Source: Occultella glacieicola
GTDB taxonomy: Bacteria; Actinomycetota; Actinomycetes; Actinomycetales; Beutenbergiaceae
Length of the DNA: 44,922 bases
Reading direction: 5' to 3'
Assembly: GCF_004353825.1 (NCBI RefSeq)
Contig: NZ_SMNA01000006.1
Span: forward strand, 434,001 to 478,922
A program made the translations under genes and the position numbers. Shown piece after piece: positions 10,415 through 20,933 of the stretch (position 1 is its first letter; the number at the start of each line of letters is the position of its first letter). Below the pieces are notes generated by a model, which worked only from the letters and a program-made list of their open reading frames with translations, was not told the DNA's origin and did not search any database.

Positions 10415-11398
10415 TCAGCTCGACCGCGCACCGGCCGGCCGGTCGAGCGCCCCATCGCGGGCCGCCAGGCTCCGGCCGAAGTAGTCGTCGACGTCCACGA
10501 GCCCGAACTCGGCCATCACGTCGGCGACGCACAGGTCCTCGCGCTCCGCGGTCAGCAGCACCACCCCGACCTGACCGGGGTCGTGGAGGCGGACGCCGTC
10601 ACCGTACTTGCGCTTGATATCGCCGAACTTCCGGCCGTTCTCGTCGATGTGGACGACGGCGTGGTCCAGGTTGATCCGGGTGGTGACCTCCGGGTAGTAG
10701 TTCGTGCTCGAGGCGACCACCTCCCCCACCGGGGAGACCACCGAGGACGGGTTCTGCGGCCAGACCGAGCCGACGAACCAGGACCGGCACGTGTAGGCCC
10801 AGTACTGCTGCATGAAGCCGCCGTGGTAGGCCGAGGAGAACAGGATGATCTCCGGGCGCAGTCGCGCGAGCTCGGTGAGCCCCGGGATGAAGTTCAGGTC
10901 GAAGCAGATCACCGGGGCGATGCGGCCGATGTCGGTCTCGATCACCGTCATCCGCTCGCCGTAGGACACCCCCCGAGTCCCGTGCTCGGGGATCGTCAGG
11001 TAGTTCTTGTCGTAGACGCCCAGGACCGTGCCGTCGATGCCGATCAGTTGCGTCGAGTTGCGCAACCGGCCCGCCTCGTCGATCCGGTAGCCGGAGTAGG
11101 CGATCCGGGTCCGATTGGCGGCCGCGAGCTCGGCGAGCGCGTCCCGCAGGTAGTCGCCCTTGTGCACGGTGAACTCGGCGATCTGCTCGATCGGGAAGTG
11201 CTGCAGCGGGTACCAGTGGGCCAGCGGCCGGTCGCCGTGCTCGGGCAGGACCACCAGGTCCGGACGATCGGGCAGCACCGTAGCGATCCGGGTGGTCCAG
11301 TGGTCGATCAGATCGTCGAGCAGCTTGCCGTGACCGATCGCGGGATCGGCGACGAACGGGAAGGACGTGACGCTGCTGACGGTCAGGTGCCGGGCCAT
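10415..11398 (-). CDS. Carbon-nitrogen hydrolase (nitrilase superfamily)
   Basis: Glu-Lys-Cys triad in LPEH, YDKNY and ICFDLNF; RBS GGGAG. Confidence 0.87.
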   Translation of the reverse strand: MARHLTVSSVTSFPFVADPAIGHGKLLDDLIDHWTTRIATVLPDRPDLVVLPEHGDRPLAHWYPLQHFPIEQIAEFTVHKGDYLRDALAELAAANRTRIAYSGYRIDEAGRLRNSTQLIGIDGTVLGVYDKNYLTIPEHGTRGVSYGERMTVIETDIGRIAPVICFDLNFIPGLTELARLRPEIILFSSAYHGGFMQQYWAYTCRSWFVGSVWPQNPSSVVSPVGEVVASSTNYYPEVTTRINLDHAVVHIDENGRKFGDIKRKYGDGVRLHDPGQVGVVLLTAEREDLCVADVMAEFGLVDVDDYFGRSLAARDGALDRPAGARSS

Positions 11399-11428
11399 GG
11401 ACGGGCTCCCTCTCTGGGGTGGTGGGGG

Positions 11429-12415
11429 TCAGGACAGGCGGGCATAGACGGCCGGGTCGATCGCGTGCTGGAGCCGATCGCCCGCGACGAATCGGGCGAT
11501 CTCATCGACCGTGATCTGGCCCTGTCGCTCCCGGGCCTCGACCGTCGCGGCGCCCCGGTGCGGACTCAGGTAGACGTTGGGTAGGCCCCGCAGCGGGGAG
11601 TCCTCGGGCAGGGGTTCGCGGTGCAGGACATCCAGGCCGAAGCGCAACCGACCCGAGAGCGCCTCGGCCACCAGCGCGGCCTCCTCGACCAGCGCCGCGC
11701 GCGCGGTGTTGACCACCACGGCGCCGTCCGGCAGCAGGGCCAGTTCGGCTGCCCCCAGCATGCCGATGGTCTCCGCGGTGACCGGGGCGTGCAGCACCAG
11801 GACCTCGCTCCAGGCGAGCAGGTCCCGCAGATCAGCGCTGCCGACGCCGAGCGCGGCGGCGTCCTCGGCGCCCAGGTACGGGTCGGCGACCCGGACCCGG
11901 GCGGCGCCGAGTCCGCGGACCATCGAGATGAACGAACGCCCGGTCCTGGACGCGCCGATCACGCCGATCCGCCGGTGCGCGAGCTCCCGCCCGTGCAGGC
12001 CGCCGATGGCGGGCCCGCCGTCGGGATCGCGCAGGGCGCGATCGAAGGTGTGCAACTCACGCAACAGCACCAGGCACATCGCCAGCGCCAGCTCCGCCAC
12101 CCCGTCGGCCATCGCGGCCGACGCCTGGCTGACGGCGCAGCCCTCGGGGACCCCGCCGTCGCCCAGGATCGGGCGCAGGGTGCCACCCGTGTGCGCGATC
12201 AGCCGGGGTCGGCGCCCCGGCGCCCACGTCGCCAGCGGCGGTGTGGCCCAGGAGGTGATCATGACGTCGAGGTCCACTCCGGCGAGCTCTGCGGCCAGCC
12301 GTTCGGGATCCAGGTGCAGGTGCAGGTCGCCGAGGGAGCGCAGAGCCTCGAGCTGGCTGGGCGTGAACAGCAGCGCCAGCAGTTCCGGGGTCGCGCTGAC
12401 GTCGATCCGGGTCAC
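11429..12415 (-). CDS. D-isomer-specific 2-hydroxyacid dehydrogenase family protein
   Basis: IGVIGASRTG, LHAP, VNTARAALV, LDV, SPHRG; GTG 12415 overlaps the upstream stop. Confidence 0.87.
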   Translation of the reverse strand: MTRIDVSATPELLALLFTPSQLEALRSLGDLHLHLDPERLAAELAGVDLDVMITSWATPPLATWAPGRRPRLIAHTGGTLRPILGDGGVPEGCAVSQASAAMADGVAELALAMCLVLLRELHTFDRALRDPDGGPAIGGLHGRELAHRRIGVIGASRTGRSFISMVRGLGAARVRVADPYLGAEDAAALGVGSADLRDLLAWSEVLVLHAPVTAETIGMLGAAELALLPDGAVVVNTARAALVEEAALVAEALSGRLRFGLDVLHREPLPEDSPLRGLPNVYLSPHRGAATVEARERQGQITVDEIARFVAGDRLQHAIDPAVYARLS

Positions 12416-13266
12416 TTGATGCCGCTCATCGTCACGCCGCGCACGAAGTAGCGCTGCATGATCAGGAAGATGATGAAGATCGGGACGAACGTGATCAGGG
12501 CGCCGGCCATCGTCACGGCCAACGACGTCTGCTCCTCGTTCAGTGAAGAGAGCCCGACGGTCAACGTGTACTTCGCGGACGCCGTGTTCGCGACCAGCGG
12601 CCAGAGGAAGTCGTTCCAGTGCCACAGGAACACGAACACCCCGAGCGTGGCCAGGATCGGCTTCGTCTGCGGCAGGATGATCTGCCAGAAGATCCGCAAC
12701 TCCCCCGCCCCGTCGATGCGGGCGGCCTCGATCAACTCGTTCGGGATCCCGGCGATGAACTGCCGCATCAGGAACAACGCCTGGACGTTCGCGATGGTGG
12801 GCAGGATCAGTCCCCAGTGGGTGTTCAACCCGCCGAGCTCCGAGATCAGGATGAACTTCGGGATCAGGGTGAGGTGGTAGGGCACCATCAGCATCGCGAC
12901 CATGACCAGGAACACCACGTTCCGGCCCGGGAAGCTCAGCTTCGCGAACGCGTAGGCGGCCATCGATGCCAGCGCGAGCACGAGCACCACCGAGACCACG
13001 GCGTAGATCGCGGTGTTGATGATCCACGTCGTCATCTCCCCGCGGGAGAGCAGCCGGCCGAACTCGCTGAAGTCCCAGGACTGTGGCCACAACGAGCGCG
13101 GCAGGTCGATCGCCTGCCCGGGCTGCACCGAGATGACCAGCATCACGAAGAACGGGAACAGGGTGATCATCGCCACGATGATCAGGGGCAGGTGGGCCGA
13201 GGCCGTGCGCCACCAGGGTCGCCGGCGCCGCGGCGGGTGTGTGGGTCTCATCGCCGTGTCCGTCAT
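12412..13266 (-). CDS. Carbohydrate ABC transporter permease (MalG-like)
   Basis: EAA motif ELIEAARIDGA, WNDFLWPL, FVRGVTMSGIK. Confidence 0.93.
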   Translation of the reverse strand: MTDTAMRPTHPPRRRRPWWRTASAHLPLIIVAMITLFPFFVMLVISVQPGQAIDLPRSLWPQSWDFSEFGRLLSRGEMTTWIINTAIYAVVSVVLVLALASMAAYAFAKLSFPGRNVVFLVMVAMLMVPYHLTLIPKFILISELGGLNTHWGLILPTIANVQALFLMRQFIAGIPNELIEAARIDGAGELRIFWQIILPQTKPILATLGVFVFLWHWNDFLWPLVANTASAKYTLTVGLSSLNEEQTSLAVTMAGALITFVPIFIIFLIMQRYFVRGVTMSGIK

Positions 13267-14207
13267 CAGTCGTCGTCCTTGAGGTAGAGGCGCTGGATGG
13301 CCGAGACGATCAGGGTGATCACCAGCAGGACCACACCGGCTGCGCTGGCGTACCCGAAGTTGAAGTAGCCGAAGCCCTGGTCGTAGATCATGAAGACCAA
13401 CGAGTAGCTCGCCGTCACCGGTCCACCACCGGTCATGACGTAGATGAGGTCGAAGACCTGGAACGAGGACACGATCTCCAGGATCACGACGAAGAACAGC
13501 GGGCGCCGCAGTCCCGGCAGCGTGATGTGTCGGAATCGCTGCCACGCGTTCGCGCCGTCCAGGCTCGCGGCCTCGTAATAGTCCTGCGGGATGTCCAGCA
13601 TGCCCGCCATCAGGATCAGCATGTCGTAGCCGAACCGGGACCACATGGCGACCACGGCCAGGGAGGGCAGGACCGCGATGCTGCTCGCCAACCACGGCAC
13701 CGGTCCGACCCCGAAGACTCCGAGGAACCAGTTCAGCGGGCCCTCGGAGGAGTAGATCCACTGCCAGATGACCGCCGTCGTGACCAGGCTCGTGATCACC
13801 GGGAGGAAGAAGGCCGCCCGATACACCTTGATGCCACGGATCGACCTCGAGGCGAGGTGCGCCATGAACAGCGACACGACGACCACCAGCGGGACCGCGA
13901 TGACCGAGTAGACGATCGTGACCCGCAGCGCGTTCCAGAACAGGTCGTCACCGAACAGCCGCTCGAAGTTGTCACCCCCGACCCAGGAGATGTCCCCGGT
14001 CAGGGAGTAGTCGGACAGGCTCAGTCCGAGCCCGCCGAACGCCGGCAGGATTCGGAACGCCAGGAAGATCAGCAGGTAGGGCAGGACGAAGATCATCGCG
14101 ATCGTCGTCGCCCTGCGTCGAGCGGCCCGCCGGGATCCGCGGGGGGACGACGGCGCCGCGATCGTCTGTTTGGGTGGTCCCGCGACGCGGGTCTGCTGGA
14201 CTGTCAT
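13266..14207 (-). CDS. Carbohydrate ABC transporter permease (MalF-like)
   Basis: YYEAASLDGAN, FRHITLP, MTGGGP, GYASA; RBS AAGGAAG. Confidence 0.93.
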   Translation of the reverse strand: MTVQQTRVAGPPKQTIAAPSSPRGSRRAARRRATTIAMIFVLPYLLIFLAFRILPAFGGLGLSLSDYSLTGDISWVGGDNFERLFGDDLFWNALRVTIVYSVIAVPLVVVVSLFMAHLASRSIRGIKVYRAAFFLPVITSLVTTAVIWQWIYSSEGPLNWFLGVFGVGPVPWLASSIAVLPSLAVVAMWSRFGYDMLILMAGMLDIPQDYYEAASLDGANAWQRFRHITLPGLRRPLFFVVILEIVSSFQVFDLIYVMTGGGPVTASYSLVFMIYDQGFGYFNFGYASAAGVVLLVITLIVSAIQRLYLKDDD

Positions 14208-14228
14208 GTCTTCCTTTCGACGGTCGGA

Positions 14229-14263
14229 GGTGCGACCGCCCCGGCCACCGGGGCGGTCGCACC
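14229..14263 (-). terminator. Perfect 16-bp stem-loop between binding-protein and permease genes (mRNA stabiliser or partial terminator)
   Basis: GGTGCGACCGCCCCGG-CCA-CCGGGGCGGTCGCACC. Confidence 0.75.
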
Positions 14264-14269
14264 AGGGGG

Positions 14270-15553
14270 TCAGCCGCCGGTACGGGCGAGGACGCCCTCG
14301 ATCTCCTCGGCGGCGCCGTCCATCGCGGCCTGCGGCTCGGCCTGGCCGAGCAGCACCGACTGGACCGCGGGCTTGAGGACGTTCATGATCTCGGTGCCAC
14401 CGGGGGCCTGCGGGTCGACGATCCCCCGGTCCAGGTACTGCGCCAGTTGGGCGTTCGGCGAGTCCTCCGGGTACAGGTCCGTCACCGACAGCCGCGGGGA
14501 GAGCTGGTCCCGCTCCGGGAGGAACTCCGCGAGGAACGCAGGGCTGGTGACGAACCGGATCCACTCGTGAGCAGCCTCGTTGTCCGCGGAGCCCTCGAAG
14601 AGGGCGTACCCACCGACGTTGCCGTAGCTGGTCGACTCCGTGTTCTCGATCGGCGGGCCCACGACGAGCTGCTCCTCGGTGAGGCCGTACTGGGTCAGCG
14701 AGGCCACCGAGCGGGCGAACAGCATCGCCACCTCACCGCGGGCGATCGGGCTGGTCTCGACCGGCAGGTCGGTGGTGAGCGCGTCCCGCGGCGTGTAGTC
14801 GTTGTCGACGAGGAAACTGATGAAGTCGAGGGCCTCGATCGCCTCCGGACCGTTCACGGTGACCTCACCGTCGGCGTTCAGGACCCGCCCGCCGGAGGCC
14901 CAGAGCAGCGGGTAGAAGCTGCCGTTCAGGGTCATGGAGGGGGCCGCGTCGTACTGGGTGATGTAGTAGCCCTCGTCGGCGAGCATCGGGGCGAGTTCGC
15001 GGACCTCCTCGAACGTCGTCGGGTAGTCCTCCTCGGAGATTCCGACGGCGTCCCACACGTCGCGCACGTAGATCGTGGTCGACATGCCGACCAGGGTGGG
15101 CACCGCGTACAGGGTCCCGTCGACGCTCAGGGTCTCGAGGGCGTTGGGCAGGAAGTCGTCGGAGTCCTCGGCGATGATCGAGGAGACGTCGGTGAAGATG
15201 CCCTGGCTTCCGTAGGAGTAAACGTCCGAGGGTAGGACGTAGGTGACGTCCGGTGTCGTGTTGCCGGCGATGCCGGTCTGGAGCCGCTCGGCCCGACCGT
15301 CCCACGGCACGATCTCCACCGTGACCTCGACGTCCGGGTGCATCTCGGTGAACTCGGCGATCTTGGCGTCCCAGAACTCGCGTTCGGCGTCACCGGCGAT
15401 CGGCGGGTACCACATGGTGACCTCACCGGAGAGCGTCCCGTCGCCGCCGGTCTCGCCACCTCCTCCGCCGGTCTCGTCGTCATCGCCGGAGCTGCAGGCC
15501 GCCAGACCGAACACCGCCGCCAGGCCGGCGGCGATCAGTGTCTTGCTTCTCAT
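14270..15553 (-). CDS. Sugar ABC transporter substrate-binding lipoprotein
   Basis: Lipobox LAAC, PDV motif, DGTLYAVP; adjacent to the permeases. Confidence 0.92.
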   Translation of the reverse strand: MRSKTLIAAGLAAVFGLAACSSGDDDETGGGGGETGGDGTLSGEVTMWYPPIAGDAEREFWDAKIAEFTEMHPDVEVTVEIVPWDGRAERLQTGIAGNTTPDVTYVLPSDVYSYGSQGIFTDVSSIIAEDSDDFLPNALETLSVDGTLYAVPTLVGMSTTIYVRDVWDAVGISEEDYPTTFEEVRELAPMLADEGYYITQYDAAPSMTLNGSFYPLLWASGGRVLNADGEVTVNGPEAIEALDFISFLVDNDYTPRDALTTDLPVETSPIARGEVAMLFARSVASLTQYGLTEEQLVVGPPIENTESTSYGNVGGYALFEGSADNEAAHEWIRFVTSPAFLAEFLPERDQLSPRLSVTDLYPEDSPNAQLAQYLDRGIVDPQAPGGTEIMNVLKPAVQSVLLGQAEPQAAMDGAAEEIEGVLARTGG

Positions 15554-15607
15554 GGGTCATTCCTCATCTCATCGTTGAAATCGGTACTGCTCGTGTTCCC
15601 CGGGGTC

Positions 15608-17224
15608 TCAGTAGCCGACGACCCCCTCCGGCCAGCTGAGTTCGATCCCCTGCTGCACCAACGACTCCTGGAACCGCGCGAGGCGGGCGGGGTCCTTGTG
15701 GACCTCGCGGGGTTCGACGCCGTCCTCGATGCAGGTGGCCGCCAACGCTCCCGCGGCCTCGCCGATGTTCCACTCGACGGGGTGGAGTCGATAGCACCCG
15801 TTGGTGATGTGGGTGGTTCCGATGTTCTTGTTCGCCGGGAGCAGGTTGCGCATCCGTTGCGGGATCAGGGCGCCCAGCGGGATCTGGAACGGACACGAGG
15901 GCACGTCGATGTAGTTGTCGCCGCCGGTCGAGGGGTGCAGGTCGATCCGGTACATCCCGATGCCGACCGAGTCGTGGAACCGTCGCGCGCCGGCACCGCC
16001 GCGCACGGCCATTGAGACGTCGTTCTCGGTCACCGTGGTCAGTGCTCTGATCCGGCGGGACTCCCGGTGGTAGGGAGCCTGGGCCAACCCGTCCACCGTG
16101 CCCATCACCTCGGGCCGCAACCGCAGGCCGGGCCACCCGGTGCCGCCGTCCGGCCGCGGGGCCTCGGTCTGGAGCCAGTACAGCATCGAGAGGCTCAACT
16201 GCCGGGCGTCCCGCAGCCGGGCGGCCGCCACGTCGGCTGGTTGGTTGACCACCGGGGCCTCGAAGTAGTCGATCGAGGGCCAGTTGACGAGCGTGATGTC
16301 GCTGTCGTAGAAGCCTGGTTCGAACAGCTTCCGGGCCGCGATCCGGCGATAGATCCACAGGTTCAGGTCACCGGGATCCTTGCTCTGGTCCGCGTCGATC
16401 GACAGCGGATCCTCGTCGGTGTTCGGCACGAACGTCCGCGGTGCCGCCTCGAGCGTGCGGGGATGCGGCGAGACCAGCCCGAGCAGTGGCCCCCACCAGA
16501 ACTCGGGCGCGACCGCGCGCCACTTCCGGTACTGCTCGGGCTCGTCGATCGTGTGGTCGCCGTCGACGTGATCGACAGCGAAGCACACGCTCAGCGCCTG
16601 CCAGTTGTCCGGCTGTGCCTCCTCGGGCGCACTGGGCTCGCCGGTCTCGTGCCGTGACTCGAAACCGGTGACGTACTCGGTGCCGGTGAGCGGGAGCAGG
16701 TCCCCGGTCTCGGTGGCGTCGAGCACGTACGCGGCGCCGATGCTCAACTCGTCCCCGCCGTCGAGGCGACGGACCCGGACCGAGGTGACGACGTCACCGT
16801 CGACCTCGGCGCCGATCGCGACGGCGGGCTTGACCAGCTGCAACCTCCCGGCCGAGAGCCATGGCGCGAGCATGCCCGTGATCACCGCGGTGCCGACGCG
16901 CGGCTCCGAGCACAGTTTGGACACGGTGCCGGCGCCGGGGTTCAGCAGCGGCTCCCGGCGCGCGGCTTCGGTCAGCGGGAAATGCGCGCGGTAGTACGCC
17001 CGGATGCCGTCGCGCAACCGCCGGTACCGCCTGGTCGCGCCCATCTCCTCGATCCATGGGTGCTCGTCCACCGGGACACCCTGGGAGGTGAGCTGTCCGC
17101 CCAGCCAGTCGTACTCCTCGACCAGGACCACCCGACGCCCCGCCTCGAGCGCGGCCAGCGTGGCGGCTACGCCACCCAGTCCGCCACCGACCACCAGGAC
17201 GTCTGTCGCCAGATCCGCGTTCAC
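15608..17224 (-). CDS. FAD-dependent oxidoreductase (FAD_oxidored-type)
   Basis: VVGGGLGG, LGGQLTSQGV, LDATETGDL, YHRESRR, FQIPLGALIP, YRLHPVEWNIGEAAG. Confidence 0.88.
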   Translation of the reverse strand: MNADLATDVLVVGGGLGGVAATLAALEAGRRVVLVEEYDWLGGQLTSQGVPVDEHPWIEEMGATRRYRRLRDGIRAYYRAHFPLTEAARREPLLNPGAGTVSKLCSEPRVGTAVITGMLAPWLSAGRLQLVKPAVAIGAEVDGDVVTSVRVRRLDGGDELSIGAAYVLDATETGDLLPLTGTEYVTGFESRHETGEPSAPEEAQPDNWQALSVCFAVDHVDGDHTIDEPEQYRKWRAVAPEFWWGPLLGLVSPHPRTLEAAPRTFVPNTDEDPLSIDADQSKDPGDLNLWIYRRIAARKLFEPGFYDSDITLVNWPSIDYFEAPVVNQPADVAAARLRDARQLSLSMLYWLQTEAPRPDGGTGWPGLRLRPEVMGTVDGLAQAPYHRESRRIRALTTVTENDVSMAVRGGAGARRFHDSVGIGMYRIDLHPSTGGDNYIDVPSCPFQIPLGALIPQRMRNLLPANKNIGTTHITNGCYRLHPVEWNIGEAAGALAATCIEDGVEPREVHKDPARLARFQESLVQQGIELSWPEGVVGY

Positions 17225-18246
17225 CGTGCCATCACCGTCTCCCCTTCGACGAACGTGCAGGGCAACAGCCGCTGCAGTTCGAGCTCGTCTCGTCCTTCGA
17301 TCTGGGCCGCGAGCAACCGGAGCGCCTCCAGGCCCATCTGTTCGCGCGGGATCCGGAACCCGGTCCAGCGCTGCTCGTCGGCCAACGCCGTGGTGGGCTG
17401 ACCCAGGAGTGCTAGCGACAGGTCCCGTGGGACGTCCAACCCGCGGGCGACGGCGCCGGCGCGGATCTCCGCGGCTCGATAGTCGGAGCCGAGGACCGCC
17501 GCGGTGGCCGCATGGCCGACGATGAGGTCGATGGCCTCGTCCGCGGAGAACGCATCGCTGCTGAAGATCATCGGACGCAGCCCTGCCGCCGTCATCGCGT
17601 CCCGGTAACCCTCGTGGCGGTCGGTCGCCGACTCGCTCAGGCCGAGATCGCCGAGGAAGGCGATGCGTCGATGCCCGAGCGCCAGGAGATGCTCGACGAC
17701 GTGGCGGGTCGAGTGTCGATAGTTCGCGCCCACATACGGGATGACGCGGTCGGCGGAGTCGCGCCGGCCGACGAACACGAACGGGAACCGCTGGGCCAGC
17801 ATCGCCTCGGTGTCGTACCGGTCGTCATGGCGTCCGAGCAGGATGCACCCGTCGGTGATGGCGACCCGGTTCCAGCCGGTCTCCGAGAGCGTGCGATGCC
17901 CGGTGTTGCGGGAGGGCACGCTGGTGAACAGCATCAGGTCGAGGCCGAGTTCCTCGGCACCGGCCTCGATGCCCTCCAGGAACGGGGAGAAGAAGTCGGC
18001 ACTGCCCTTGGGGAACACGGACTCGTAGGTGAAGACCCCGACGATGTGGTTGCGGCCTCGGGCCAGACCCTGGGCGAACGGGTTGGCGGTGTAGCCGGTG
18101 CGCTGGATGGCGGCCAGGACCCGGCGCTTGGTCCCCTCACCCACGCGCACCTTCGTGTCGGGAGCACTGTTAAGAACGAGCGAGACCGTCGCCTGGCTCA
18201 CGCCGGCGAGTCGCGCCACGTCGGCCTGCGTCACTCGCTGCGCCAC
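17221..18246 (-). CDS. LacI family transcriptional regulator
   Basis: HTH VTQADVARLAGVSQATVSLVLN, hinge AQGLA, LGHRRIAFL; GGAGG RBS 8 nt before GTG 18246. Confidence 0.93.
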   Translation of the reverse strand: MAQRVTQADVARLAGVSQATVSLVLNSAPDTKVRVGEGTKRRVLAAIQRTGYTANPFAQGLARGRNHIVGVFTYESVFPKGSADFFSPFLEGIEAGAEELGLDLMLFTSVPSRNTGHRTLSETGWNRVAITDGCILLGRHDDRYDTEAMLAQRFPFVFVGRRDSADRVIPYVGANYRHSTRHVVEHLLALGHRRIAFLGDLGLSESATDRHEGYRDAMTAAGLRPMIFSSDAFSADEAIDLIVGHAATAAVLGSDYRAAEIRAGAVARGLDVPRDLSLALLGQPTTALADEQRWTGFRIPREQMGLEALRLLAAQIEGRDELELQRLLPCTFVEGETVMAR

Positions 18247-18264
18247 GCCGACCACCTCCGTTGG

Positions 18265-18276
18265 TAATGCGTATCA
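18265..18276. promoter_or_regulatory. Candidate LacI-type operator, copy 1 (TAATGCGTATCA)
   Basis: Imperfect CG-centred palindrome just upstream of the LacI gene; 11/12 match to 18454-18465. Confidence 0.65.
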
Positions 18277-18453
18277 GGACCCCGGGCCCAAGCTGATGCC
18301 GCAACCATGCCCGTGACGGTGGGTTACGGTCAAGCCCGTTTCTGCGTCGAACTGTAGACCGTGCAAGGCGTTATGCGCAACATCATGCGCTTCCCGGGCG
18401 TCCCGGGCGGTTCGTCACAGTTTCGTAACAGTGCCCACAAGGGTCCAGGCCGC

Positions 18454-18465
18454 TAATACGTATCA
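18454..18465. promoter_or_regulatory. Candidate LacI-type operator, copy 2 (TAATACGTATCA)
   Basis: CG-centred palindrome (ATACGTAT core) upstream of the divergent secreted-protein genes. Confidence 0.65.
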
Positions 18466-18535
18466 CGCCCTTCCCTAATACCCGATAACTCCATACGGTC
18501 CCCGTATCGAGACCTCGACATGGGAGTTGAGACTG

Positions 18536-20875
18536 ATGCGACGACACGCTCTGCGTGGACCGATCGGGGCCCTTGCCCTGGCCATGGCGATCGGTGGGAT
18601 CGGCCTCACGGGCGGGTCATCACCCGCTGCCGCCAATGTCACCGGGACGGACCTGGACGTGATCGAACTGGGACCGGCCATCGAAGCCGTCAACGTGCGC
18701 GCCGCCGCGTTCGGCGAACTGGCCGACGGCACCCCGGTGGCTTATGCGACGTCCAACGGCGAGCCGGTCACGTTCAACGTGATCGACCTCCGCACGGGCG
18801 AGTCGATCGAGAGCCATCAGGTCCCCGGCGAGTTCGTCGCCGGGTCTGTCGCACCGGCACCCGACGGCTCGGTGTACTTCAACACGAACGATCCGACGCC
18901 GGGCTCCCTGCACCGATACGTGCCCGGCGCCGGCGTCGAACTGATCGGCGAGCGCATCGCGGGTCAGGGCTGGCTCCGGGACATCGCCGTCGCCGAGGAC
19001 GGGACCGCGTACATCTCCACCTATCCGGACGCCAAACTGCTCGCCTACGACCCGGCGACCGGTGCGATCCGCGACTACGGGTCGGTCGCCGACGATGCGA
19101 CCTACGGGTACGCCGTCGAGATCGTCGGCGACGAGATCTGGGTCGGGACCGGCCCGGTGCCGCACCTGGTTGCCGTGGACCCGGTCACCGGCGACATGCG
19201 CGAGATCGAGCTGCCCGACCTGGACAACGTGAACTACGTGCTGCGGCTGGAGGAGCGCGGCGACCACGTGTTCGCCGGCCTGTCCCCCCGCGGCCGGTTC
19301 GACACGCTCGTGTACGACCTCGCGACACAGGAGTGGATCGACACGATCCCCGCGGTCGGCGCCGCCGGTACGACGGAGCCGGCGTCCACCGGACTCTCGT
19401 ACTTCCTCAGCGGGGGCACGGCCCTGGCCTACGACGTCTCGACGGGTGCGGTCAGCGAGTTCGGGTTCAGCGATACCGACCTGGTCGAACGCCTGGCCGC
19501 GGCGAGCAACACCTACGGGATCGGTGTCGTCCGACTCGACGGCGTGGAGACCTTCGTCGCCCTCACCACCTCGGGCGAACTGCTCCGGTACCCACTGGCG
19601 AGCGCAGACGCGAGCTCGGTCCAGGCGGACATCCTGCCGTCGTCGGTGGACATCGTCGGCTTCGGTGTGGGGCCGGACGGCAACGTCTACTCGGGCGCGA
19701 AGATCGGGCCGGGGCTGATCGGCCGGATCCAGCAGGGCACCCACGAGCTCGAGGTGCTCTCGGGCCCGTCCCAGGCCGAGGGCTTCGGCTCCCACAACGG
19801 TCGGATCGTCATCGGCGACTACTCGGGGGCCGGCGTCAACGTCGGGGACCTCGACGAGCCCTGGGAGTGGGGCACCAACCCCAGCCAGATCATCAAGTTG
19901 AACCGCGGGGAGCCCTACCACCAGGACCGGGTCTGGACGATCGCCTCCACCGGTGACCGGGTCGCCCTCGGGACGATCCCGGAACCCGGGTACAACGGCG
20001 GCAGCATCACCATGCTGGACACCGAGACCGGGAAGTTCGAGGTCCACCGGGACGTGATCCCGGGCCAGAGCATCATCTCCCTCGTCCATCGCGACGGTCT
20101 GCTCTACGGCGGCACCTCGGTCCACGGTGGCTCCGGAACCACCCCGGTGGCGGACGAGGCGGAGTTGTTCATCTGGGACGTCGCCACCGAGGCGGTCGTC
20201 TGGCAGGGCAGCCCGGTGCCCGGCGCCGCCGTCGTCAACGGGCTGACCTGGACCCCGGACGGACACCTCTGGGGCCTCACCGAGGGCGGTGTCGTCTTCG
20301 AGTTCGATCCGCAGGCACGGGAGCTGGTCCGGTCCTCGCGCGTGATCGAGGAGCCCGGCAGCATCCATCCGTGGGGCAACCACTCCTCGCTGGTGTACGA
20401 CCCGGCGCGCGGTGGCTTTCTCGGGACCGCCGGCTGGGACCTGTTCTTCCTCGACCACGAGACCCTGGCGCCGCAGTTCCTGCGCACCGACCGGGACACC
20501 CACCGAGTCGTCATGGCCGGCAACGGCCACGTGTACTGCGTGGACACCACGGACGTGTGTGTGATCGAGGCACCCTCGGACGGCCCCACCGACCCCGCCG
20601 GGGCGGCGTCGGCACTTGCTACCGCCCTGGCGGGTCACATCGAGGACGGCTCCGTCGCCGGCCCGCTGGCGCTCTGGCTCACTCACGCGGCCGAACGGGC
20701 GCAGTGGCATCTCGCAGCGGACCGGGCTGCGGCCGCCATCCGCGCGCTGGACCGCTTCCTGCGGCACCTGGACCGGCCGGGGCGACCCGACACGCTCGAC
20801 GAGGCGGCGTGCGCGGACCTGCGGGCGCGGACGAACGCCGTCATCCACCTGATCGAAACCGACGCCGGCACGTAG
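18536..20875 (+). CDS. Secreted beta-propeller repeat protein with C-terminal helical (FIMAH-like) domain
   Basis: Signal peptide MRRHALR...PAAA; repeated blades DGSVYF, DGTAYISTY, DGNVYSG, DGLLYGGT, DGHLWG; amphipathic helical C-terminus. Confidence 0.78.
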   Translation: MRRHALRGPIGALALAMAIGGIGLTGGSSPAAANVTGTDLDVIELGPAIEAVNVRAAAFGELADGTPVAYATSNGEPVTFNVIDLRTGESIESHQVPGEFVAGSVAPAPDGSVYFNTNDPTPGSLHRYVPGAGVELIGERIAGQGWLRDIAVAEDGTAYISTYPDAKLLAYDPATGAIRDYGSVADDATYGYAVEIVGDEIWVGTGPVPHLVAVDPVTGDMREIELPDLDNVNYVLRLEERGDHVFAGLSPRGRFDTLVYDLATQEWIDTIPAVGAAGTTEPASTGLSYFLSGGTALAYDVSTGAVSEFGFSDTDLVERLAAASNTYGIGVVRLDGVETFVALTTSGELLRYPLASADASSVQADILPSSVDIVGFGVGPDGNVYSGAKIGPGLIGRIQQGTHELEVLSGPSQAEGFGSHNGRIVIGDYSGAGVNVGDLDEPWEWGTNPSQIIKLNRGEPYHQDRVWTIASTGDRVALGTIPEPGYNGGSITMLDTETGKFEVHRDVIPGQSIISLVHRDGLLYGGTSVHGGSGTTPVADEAELFIWDVATEAVVWQGSPVPGAAVVNGLTWTPDGHLWGLTEGGVVFEFDPQARELVRSSRVIEEPGSIHPWGNHSSLVYDPARGGFLGTAGWDLFFLDHETLAPQFLRTDRDTHRVVMAGNGHVYCVDTTDVCVIEAPSDGPTDPAGAASALATALAGHIEDGSVAGPLALWLTHAAERAQWHLAADRAAAAIRALDRFLRHLDRPGRPDTLDEAACADLRARTNAVIHLIETDAGT

Positions 20876-20933
20876 ACCCGCGCACCGGCACCCCTCGACC
20901 CTCAGCCAATCGGACATGGAAGCGATACCAGAG

